A stretch of DNA of 6,524 bases, from contig JAVVHL010000068.1 in assembly GCA_032249575.1 (NCBI GenBank), forward strand, positions 1 through 6,524, written 5' to 3'. Under the pieces are notes generated by a model, which was not told the DNA's origin, ran no database searches, and worked only from the letters and a program-made list of their open reading frames with translations. Position 1 is the stretch's first letter. Every line of letters begins with the position of its first letter. Source of the DNA: Candidatus Calditenuis sp. Lineage in GTDB: Archaea > Thermoproteota > Nitrososphaeria_A > Caldarchaeales > Calditenuaceae. Of the stretch, positions 1 to 4,553 are shown one piece after another. Made by a program: the position numbers and the translations under genes.

Positions 1-41
1 CTTTTGGACGGCCTCAGGCTGATCGGGATGGTGAGGTTCGA

Positions 42-509
42 GTGGCCGCGAGGAAGCCGAGGGTCGTCCTCACTACAGGGGCCTTCGAGGTGATCCATCC
101 TGGACACGTCTACCTGCTGAAGCAGGCCAGGAGGCTCGCGGGCAAGAGGGGGAAGGTGATCGTCGTCCTAGCGACCGACGAGACGATCAGGCAGAGGAAG
201 GGAAGGGAACCGGTGATGGGTGAGAGGGAGAGGCTCCAGGTGATGTCCAGCATCAGGTACGTCGACAAGGTCGTGATAGGTTACAGGCCCCTGAGCTTCG
301 AGAAGGTCCTCAGGCGCTTCAGACCCGATGTGGTCCTCTTCGGATACGACCAAATCGAGATCGAGAGGGCCTTCAGGGAGTTCGTAGCTTCCAAGGGCAT
401 CAAGGTCAAGATCGTCAGGGCAAAGCCCCTCCCGGGGACCGAGAAGATGAGCACGACGGCCATCCTGAACAGGGCCGTCAGCAACGCGATGTCCCATAGG
501 ACGGGCTGA
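42..509 (+). CDS. ribL: FAD synthase / FMN adenylyltransferase, archaeal RibL type (cytidylyltransferase-like nucleotidyltransferase)
   Basis: 155-aa ORF with a GTG start at 42, preceded by the Shine-Dalgarno-like GGTGAGG at 30-36 (5-nt spacer). The N-terminus VVLTTGAFEVIHPGH carries the HxGH nucleotidyltransferase signature. VIVVLATDETI..KGR.PV and RYVDKVV.G match my recollection of archaeal RibL. The size (~150 aa) fits. Assignment is from recalled family signatures, not a search. Confidence 0.8.
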   Translation: MAARKPRVVLTTGAFEVIHPGHVYLLKQARRLAGKRGKVIVVLATDETIRQRKGREPVMGERERLQVMSSIRYVDKVVIGYRPLSFEKVLRRFRPDVVLFGYDQIEIERAFREFVASKGIKVKIVRAKPLPGTEKMSTTAILNRAVSNAMSHRTG

Positions 510-537
510 GCGGCCTCGGCGAGAAGATCCGCTCATC

Positions 538-550
538 CTTAAATCAAAAC
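538..550 (+). promoter_or_regulatory. TATA-box-like A/T-rich element CTTAAATCAAAAC upstream of rps6e
   Basis: This is the only A/T-rich patch in the 60-nt ribL-rps6e spacer. The TTAAAT core lies 26-31 nt upstream of the ATG at 570, the archaeal TATA-to-TSS distance expected for a leaderless or very short-leader mRNA. The same 13-mer recurs at 2355-2367. Confidence 0.45.
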
Positions 551-569
551 CTCCGGGCAGGAGGGAGGG

Positions 570-971
570 ATGTCCCAGAAGCCCAACGTTCCGAGGCTCG
601 TGCTCTCGGACCCCAGCACCGGGACTGCAAAGACCATCCAGCTGACGCCGCAGCAGTTCGCCGTCTTCAGGGGGAAGAAGATAGGCGACGTGATCGATGG
701 AGGGCCCCTCGGACTCGGCGACTTCAAGATCAAGATCACTGGAGGAAGCGACTTCGCAGGGTTCCCGATGAGGCCCGACGTGAGCGGCACCAGGTTGGCA
801 CAGGTCCTGCTGACGAAGGGGATCGGCTTCAAGGCCAGGAGGAAGCCGCCGTCTAAGGCCAAGAAGCGGAGGAACAGGAGGACCGTGAAGGGGCTCAGGA
901 AGAGGGTCTCGGTCAGAGGGAACACGATAAGCGACGCGATAGTCCAGATCAACGCGGTCATCGTGAGGTGA
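570..971 (+). CDS. rps6e: 30S ribosomal protein S6e (eS6)
   Basis: 133-aa ORF with an ATG start preceded by GGAGGGAGGG. Diagnostic S6e blocks are LVLSDPSTGTAK, ITGGSDFAGFPMRPDV, a basic K/R-rich stretch, and VRGNTISDAIVQINAVIV near the C-terminus. Confidence 0.95.
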   Translation: MSQKPNVPRLVLSDPSTGTAKTIQLTPQQFAVFRGKKIGDVIDGGPLGLGDFKIKITGGSDFAGFPMRPDVSGTRLAQVLLTKGIGFKARRKPPSKAKKRRNRRTVKGLRKRVSVRGNTISDAIVQINAVIVR

Positions 972-1282
972 TGGCCTTGTCCCTCCCGGAGGTCAGGGTC
1001 ATCGAGCGGAGGAGGAACGAGCTCCTGAAGAGGGTCGAGTACCTGCTGGAGGTGGCCAACCAGAGCGGCACTCCGAGCAGGGCGGAGCTCAGGAAGCTCC
1101 TCTCGACAGTGCTCGACGCTAAGGAGGACAACCTGGTGCTGGTGAAGGTCCTGACGCCTGCGGGCAGGAACTGGACGAGGGTCATCGCGAGGGTCTACGA
1201 CTCGAGGGATCAGCTGATGAGGATCGAGCCGAAGTACCTGCTGATCAGGGAGGGTTTCCTCGAGAAGCCGAAGAAGGGCTGA
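971..1282 (+). CDS. rps24e: 30S ribosomal protein S24e (eS24)
   Basis: The ORF track starts at GTG 968, but ATG 971 overlaps the rps6e TGA stop as TGATG, the classic translational-coupling arrangement. The sequence (IERRRNELLKR.E....V...GTPSRAELRK.L......ED.LV......P.G......A.VYDS.....IEPKYLL.R) matches the S24e pattern. The start (968 vs 971) is uncertain by one codon. Confidence 0.9.
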   Translation: MALSLPEVRVIERRRNELLKRVEYLLEVANQSGTPSRAELRKLLSTVLDAKEDNLVLVKVLTPAGRNWTRVIARVYDSRDQLMRIEPKYLLIREGFLEKPKKG

Positions 1283-1285
1283 GGC

Positions 1286-2335
1286 TCACGCCCTTATCAC
1301 CTCCCCGCCGCTCGCCTTCCGGAGCCTGTTCATTATCGCGAGGCCGAGTCCCCGCTCCTCTACGCCCTCTGCTACGATGACGTCGACCCCCCGCTCGTCC
1401 AGATCCCTGATCGCTGTGAAGAGGGACTTGGCGACCCTCCTCAGGTCCGACCTCGGGCCCAAGTCGACGACCTCGGCACCAGGGTAATCCGCTCCGTCCA
1501 GCGCCAGCACGCCGACCCTCTTCCCCTCAGCCCTCAGAACCGTGACCAGCTCGGCCACCTTCCTCCTGACCGATGCCGGGTCGCCCTCGACCAGAATCAG
1601 CCTGCACCTAGGAGCGTAGTGCCTGTACTTCATCCCGGGAGACCTCGGCTTACCTGTGAAGGCTGCCAGGCCCCTGGCCGGTTCAGGAACCCTCACATGC
1701 CCTATCACACCCTCGATCTCCTCCAGAGGCAACCCTCCAGGCCTCAGTAGCTCCGGAGGGTCAACGGTCATGTCGATCACCGTCGACTCGACGCCTATCT
1801 CCGCCGGCCCTCCGTCCAGCACCATCTCGATCTTCCCTCCCAGGTCCCGCAGGACGTGCTCTGCGCTCGTGGGGCTAGGAGAGCCGGAGACGTTGGCGCT
1901 CGGCGCCGCTATCGGAACCCCCGCCTCCCTGATCAGCTCCAGGGCGACCTGGTGGGCCGGCATCCTCACCGCAACCGTCTCCAGTCCTCCGCAGGTCACC
2001 GCCGGCACCAGCTCCGTCCTCTTCAGGACCAGCGTCAGCGGCCCTGGCCAGAACCTCGAGATGAGCTCCTCGGCCGCCCGAGGGACCTCAGAGGCCAGGA
2101 GGTAGACGCTGTCCCTGTCGGCCACGTGGACGATGATCGGGTTGTCGGGAGGTCTGCCCTTGACCTCGAAGATCCTCCTGACAGCCGCCTCGTTCAGCGC
2201 GTCAGCTCCCAGCCCGTAAACGGTCTCGGTGGGGAACGCTACCAGGCCGCCGGACCTTATGACGGCCGCAGCCTCAGCTATCACTTCCCTCTCTGGCTCC
2301 GTCGGGTTGACCTTGAGGACCCTCGTCTCCGGCAT
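1286..2335 (-). CDS. sua5: L-threonylcarbamoyladenylate (TC-AMP) synthase, Sua5 type (YrdC-like domain plus Sua5 C-terminal domain), for tRNA t6A biosynthesis
   Basis: Diagnostic blocks are VIRSGGLVAFPTETVYGLGADA, KGRP..NP.IVHV, WPGP.T.VL, VAVR.P.H, PSAN.SG.PSPT and SPGMKYRHYAP, followed by a Rossmann-like C-terminal domain. I place the start at ATG 2333-2335 (MPETRVLKVNP...), which gives 349 aa. The ORF-track start at 2464 adds 43 non-homologous residues and would overlap the upstream USP gene by 83 nt. Confidence 0.9.
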   Translation of the reverse strand: MPETRVLKVNPTEPEREVIAEAAAVIRSGGLVAFPTETVYGLGADALNEAAVRRIFEVKGRPPDNPIIVHVADRDSVYLLASEVPRAAEELISRFWPGPLTLVLKRTELVPAVTCGGLETVAVRMPAHQVALELIREAGVPIAAPSANVSGSPSPTSAEHVLRDLGGKIEMVLDGGPAEIGVESTVIDMTVDPPELLRPGGLPLEEIEGVIGHVRVPEPARGLAAFTGKPRSPGMKYRHYAPRCRLILVEGDPASVRRKVAELVTVLRAEGKRVGVLALDGADYPGAEVVDLGPRSDLRRVAKSLFTAIRDLDERGVDVIVAEGVEERGLGLAIMNRLRKASGGEVIRA

Positions 2336-2354
2336 CCCGAGCTTGCTGTGGCGG

Positions 2355-2367
2355 CTTAAATCAAAAC
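2355..2367 (-). promoter_or_regulatory. TATA-box-like A/T-rich element (minus-strand GTTTTGATTTAAG) upstream of sua5
   Basis: This is the only A/T-rich patch in the 46-nt gap between the USP stop (2382) and the sua5 ATG (2335). It spans -20 to -32 relative to that ATG, consistent with a leaderless transcript. The sequence is identical to 538-550 on the plus strand. Confidence 0.4.
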
Positions 2368-2381
2368 GCTTCCCGGGCTCT

Positions 2382-2903
2382 TCAGGGGACCAGGAGCACC
2401 GGGACCCTCGACCTTTTGGCGACCTCCTGCGCCAACCTTCCGAAGGCCCCTCCCACTTCGTCACCCCTTCCCATCACTATCATCGCACACCCTTCCTCGG
2501 CCTCTGCGAGAATGCCTGACAGAACGTCGCCAGCTTTCTTGATCGGTTTGTAGAAGGCCCTTACGCCGGCCTCCCTCGCCTTCAGAAGCACCTGCTCAGC
2601 GAGCTCGTGGACCCTGAGCACCTCCCTCGCCTCCGCACCGGATGGCAACGGCACAGGCGCTGCGAGCCCCCGCTCGGCGGTCGAGGGCCTCACCAGCTGG
2701 TCGAGAGGTCCAACGAGGACGTGAGGCGAAGTTACGGCCGTGATCCTCAGCTCGAAACCCAGCGACTCGGCCAGCCAGAGGGCCACCTCGCCCGCTCTCC
2801 TCGATGATTCGCCCGCCGTGACGATCAGTAGCAGGTACCGCTTCGCATCTGAACCGCTCCGTCCCTCATCCAGTCCCGTCGTCCGCTTCTCCGCCTCTGC
2901 CAA
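2382..2903 (-). CDS. universal stress protein (UspA / adenine-nucleotide alpha-hydrolase-like) family protein
   Basis: 173-aa ORF. It has the typical USP layout: an N-terminal strand YLLLIVTAGESS and a C-terminal IVMGRGDEVGGAFGRLAQEVAKRSRVPVLLVP block (compare G..G....GS....V.....PVLVV). The only in-frame start candidate is TTG at 2901-2903. Confidence 0.7.
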   Translation of the reverse strand: MAEAEKRTTGLDEGRSGSDAKRYLLLIVTAGESSRRAGEVALWLAESLGFELRITAVTSPHVLVGPLDQLVRPSTAERGLAAPVPLPSGAEAREVLRVHELAEQVLLKAREAGVRAFYKPIKKAGDVLSGILAEAEEGCAMIVMGRGDEVGGAFGRLAQEVAKRSRVPVLLVP

Positions 2904-2911
2904 CGTTGCGG

Positions 2912-2947
2912 CTCACCAATTTTCTCGTTTCCTGAACAGATATAAAA
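2912..2947 (-). promoter_or_regulatory. Promoter and RBS of the USP gene: minus-strand TATA TTTTATAT (2940-2947) and Shine-Dalgarno-like GGTGAG (2912-2917)
   Basis: TTTTATAT is a near-consensus archaeal TATA box centred about 40 nt upstream of the TTG start. That predicts a TSS near 2917 and a short leader. GGTGAG lies 8 nt upstream of the start codon. Confidence 0.5.
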
Positions 2948-3114
2948 CTTGGATGTCCGCCGGAAACAGACCACCTGCAGGACGGTCAATTCGGTAGACC
3001 GAAGACCTCATGGACTGCGATTGGACGGAAGCGGTTGCACGCTGCAGTGATAACCCGAAAGACGGCCGTAGGACATTCCCGCAACGGTTGATGTCTGCAC
3101 CACCGCCCTCACCT

Positions 3115-3846
3115 TCATACAGCCAACCTTTCCTCGATCTCCCTTCCGAACACCAGTCGTATTCCGTGCTCGGTCGCCAGCCTCCTCAGCTCCTCGTGGG
3201 CCTCTGGGGTTGCGGTCGAGACCACCAAGATCGCCAGCATTGCCCTCCTTCCGTACCTCTCCTCCACCAGCCTCACTCTCTTCAGGAGCTTCTCGATCTC
3301 GGCCCTCGCACCGTCCTTCGTCGCCACGTGCGTCGTGACCTCACCTACCACCAGCGGCCTCTCGCAGAACATGTTGATCTCCACCACCTCTCCGTCGGAG
3401 ACCAAGTACTTTTTCTCGACCCTCGCATCGGGATATCCTAGCTCCTCCAGCAGAACCTCCAGGAACGACGCCGCGTGGGCCTCGAAGGTGATGCCCAGGA
3501 CCCTTCCCAGCTCCCTGAAGCCGGCCTTGACGTAATCCCTTAAGCGCCTGTATTCTTCCCACAGCTTGCTCTGCCCTTCCCATAACTTGTTCTGTCCTTC
3601 CCATAACTTGTTTTGCCCTTCCCAGAGCTTCCTCTGCTCCTCCCTGAGCGCCCTGACCTCCTCCCAGAGTTTCTCCTGGTTCTCTTCCAGCCTGTCCAGC
3701 CGCTTCAAGATCTCGAGTATGTGGGACTCGTGCCTGTCCAAACGTTTCAGGATCTCGGACAGCCCGAGGTATCCGGCTACCGTGTACCTGAACTCGACGT
3801 CCTTCTCCAGCAACTCTATGAATTCCTTCTTCAGCTTCTCGGCCAA
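3115..3846 (-). CDS. Archaeal coiled-coil (DUF3782-like) protein with a C-terminal PD-(D/E)XK-like nuclease-fold domain (PDDEXK_10 / former DUF1626-like); function unknown
   Basis: 243-aa ORF. The N-terminus KKEFIELLEKDVEFRYTVAGYLGLSEILKRLD is as I recall for DUF3782 proteins, followed by about 70 aa of heptad coiled coil. The C-terminal ...VVEINMF...LVVGEVTTHV...ILVVSTATPEA.E.A.EHGIRL follows the strand pattern of the restriction-endonuclease-like fold in this family. The start is TTG at 3844-3846: an in-frame TGA lies 7 codons upstream with no ATG or GTG between. Confidence 0.8.
   Translation of the reverse strand: MAEKLKKEFIELLEKDVEFRYTVAGYLGLSEILKRLDRHESHILEILKRLDRLEENQEKLWEEVRALREEQRKLWEGQNKLWEGQNKLWEGQSKLWEEYRRLRDYVKAGFRELGRVLGITFEAHAASFLEVLLEELGYPDARVEKKYLVSDGEVVEINMFCERPLVVGEVTTHVATKDGARAEIEKLLKRVRLVEERYGRRAMLAILVVSTATPEAHEELRRLATEHGIRLVFGREIEERLAV
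3550..3675 (-). repeat. Six in-frame 21-nt (heptad) tandem units inside the coiled-coil gene; three are near-identical (KLWEGQN/KLWEGQN/KLWEGQS)
   Basis: The protein reads EKLWEEV RALREEQ RKLWEGQ NKLWEGQ NKLWEGQ SKLWEEY. The two NKLWEGQ units (3592-3612 and 3571-3591) are AACAAGTTATGGGAAGGACAG and AACAAGTTATGGGAAGGGCAG, differing by 1 nt of 21. Confidence 0.85.
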
Positions 3847-3863
3847 GGTATGCGCCCAACGAA

Positions 3864-3892
3864 ATCATTGTCCGACCATATTTATCAATGAT
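3864..3892. promoter_or_regulatory. 7-bp perfect inverted repeat ATCATTG / CAATGAT bracketing the A/T-rich patch CATATTTAT (candidate bidirectional TATA plus operator)
   Basis: ATCATTG (3864-3870) and CAATGAT (3886-3892) are exact reverse complements. The enclosed ATATTTAT / ATAAATAT is the strongest TATA-like patch in the 184-bp divergent intergenic region, about 36 nt upstream of the TTG start at 3846. Confidence 0.4.
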
Positions 3893-4006
3893 CGGCCCTT
3901 GCCCTCAGCCTCGATCCGATGTAGCAGAACGGCGCGCATTCTTGAGCTGGTAACGACGGCTCGACGGCCTCAATTGCCAGGGCTTGGCGATCGGAAACGG
4001 ATAAAG

Positions 4007-4030
4007 CCGGTTGTCACCGGAGGACCGGTG
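4007..4030 (+). promoter_or_regulatory. CCGGT-N4-ACCGG palindrome plus an adjacent ACCGGT, overlapping the GGAGGA Shine-Dalgarno of the RHH-PaREP1 gene
   Basis: The half-sites are CCGGT (4007-4011), TGTC, ACCGG (4016-4020) and ACCGGT (4024-4029). GGAGGA (4019-4024) lies 6 nt upstream of ATG 4031. A weak GGATAAAG A/T patch sits at 3999-4006. This could be a DNA operator or an SD-sequestering RNA hairpin. Confidence 0.35.
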
Positions 4031-4528
4031 ATGGAAAGCCTGCAGATCCCCAAGCGGCTGATGCAGACGCTGCGGAGGAGGGCCGAGGAGCTCGGAGTCA
4101 CACCGGAGGAGCTCTTGATCGAGTTGATGGTCGATGCAGTTGATCCCGGGGAGCGGCCGCAGGCCTACATCGATGCGGCACGAGAAATGTTGGAGCAGGC
4201 AAAAAAGGAGCTCGGATCAGGAGACCTTAGACAGGCTTCAGAGAAGATATGGGGAGCGGCGGCTCTCGCAGTAAAGGCCCATGCATATGCCCGGGAGCGA
4301 CGACGTCTTGCGTCTCACGCAGAGCTCTGGCATCACAAGAGCATGATCGCAGAGGAGCTGGGGGAGTGGGTTGACGATGCGTGGAACGCAGCTAACGCGA
4401 TGCACATCAACTTCTACGAGGGATGGGCGGATGAGCGATCCGTCGAGCGGGCCTTAGGATGGGTTGAGAGGTTCGTTGATACCGTTCAACGCGCGATCGG
4501 CGAGCAGGAGCAACATCGACGTGCTTGA
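4031..4528 (+). CDS. Ribbon-helix-helix (CopG-like) N-terminal domain fused to a PaREP1-family (HEPN-like four-helix) domain
   Basis: 165 aa from ATG 4031 (an in-frame GTG at 4028 is also possible), with a good SD. Residues 3-37 (SLQIPKRLMQTLRRRAEELGVTPEELLIELMVDAV) have the strand-helix-helix pattern of RHH proteins. The rest (RQASEKIWGAAALAVKAHAYA...RRLASHAELW....AEELG......W..AN.MH.NFYEGW) matches the PaREP1 family signature as I recall it. The 155 codons upstream in the track ORF (3566..) are an antisense shadow of the neighbouring gene. Confidence 0.85.
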   Translation: MESLQIPKRLMQTLRRRAEELGVTPEELLIELMVDAVDPGERPQAYIDAAREMLEQAKKELGSGDLRQASEKIWGAAALAVKAHAYARERRRLASHAELWHHKSMIAEELGEWVDDAWNAANAMHINFYEGWADERSVERALGWVERFVDTVQRAIGEQEQHRRA

Positions 4529-4553
4529 GCGCATCGGCAACGCTTCTGTATTG

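Noticed and set aside
1-22. A possible 3' end of an upstream plus-strand gene (frame 2: F W T A S G stop, TGA at 20-22).
   Set aside because: Only 7 codons are visible at the window edge, so it cannot be supported. The SD in front of ribL hints at operon context, but nothing more can be said.
507-535. A 7-bp perfect stem TGAGCGG / CCGCTCA with a 15-nt loop, starting at the ribL stop codon (terminator-like hairpin).
   Set aside because: Archaeal termination relies on oligo-T tracts rather than hairpins, and no T-run follows. A short stem with a large loop is thermodynamically marginal.
168-1185. Minus-strand ORFs 168..536, 281..484, 539..961 and 958..1185.
   Set aside because: They are antisense to confidently identified ribL, rps6e and rps24e. 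Their composition is low complexity or hydrophobic nonsense.
2336-2464. A 43-codon N-terminal extension of sua5 (ORF-track start at 2464).
   Set aside because: The extension is non-homologous (W/R/S-rich) and overlaps the USP 3' end by 83 nt. It also runs across the A/T-rich promoter patch. Sua5 homologs start about 20 aa before the PTETVYGLG block, matching ATG 2335.
1656-2519. Plus-strand ORFs 1656..2105, 1856..2359 and 2229..2519.
   Set aside because: These are antisense shadow ORFs of sua5 and USP in GC-rich sequence. Their products are P/S/R/G-rich with no recognisable domain.
2901-3090. An inverted repeat CAACGTTGCGG (2901-2911) / CCGCAACGGTTG (3079-3090) flanking the intergenic region, which might suggest a MITE or a long closing stem.
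   Set aside because: Only 8 bp are perfect (11 with a bulge), which is roughly what chance gives for a ~200-bp GC-rich segment. The left arm also overlaps the USP start codon.
3010-3441. A 143-aa plus-strand ORF starting in the 2904-3114 intergenic region.
   Set aside because: Three quarters of it is antisense to the coiled-coil/nuclease gene. It is P/S/H/L-rich, has no RBS or promoter geometry, and has no family resemblance.
3341-3868. A 175-aa minus-strand ORF with an ATG start, overlapping the coiled-coil gene in another frame. I also considered a frameshifted N-terminus for that gene.
   Set aside because: The product is G/R/A-rich low complexity, typical of an off-frame read of a GC-rich coiled-coil gene. 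The TTG-initiated frame reproduces the family N-terminus (KKEFIELLEKDVEFRY) without needing a frameshift.
3566-4030. The upstream 155 codons of the 320-aa plus-strand ORF 3566..4528.
   Set aside because: This part is antisense to the heptad-repeat coiled-coil gene and translates to low-complexity S/F/L-rich sequence. Recognisable homology (RHH + PaREP1) and a good SD/ATG begin only at 4031.
3079-4545. An imperfect direct repeat CCGCAACGGTT (3079-3089) / CGGCAACGCTT (4535-4545) bracketing the two-gene module, which might be att-like or a target-site duplication.
   Set aside because: It matches only 9 of 11 positions. No integrase, transposase or tRNA target is nearby. It is too weak to distinguish from chance without comparative genomes.
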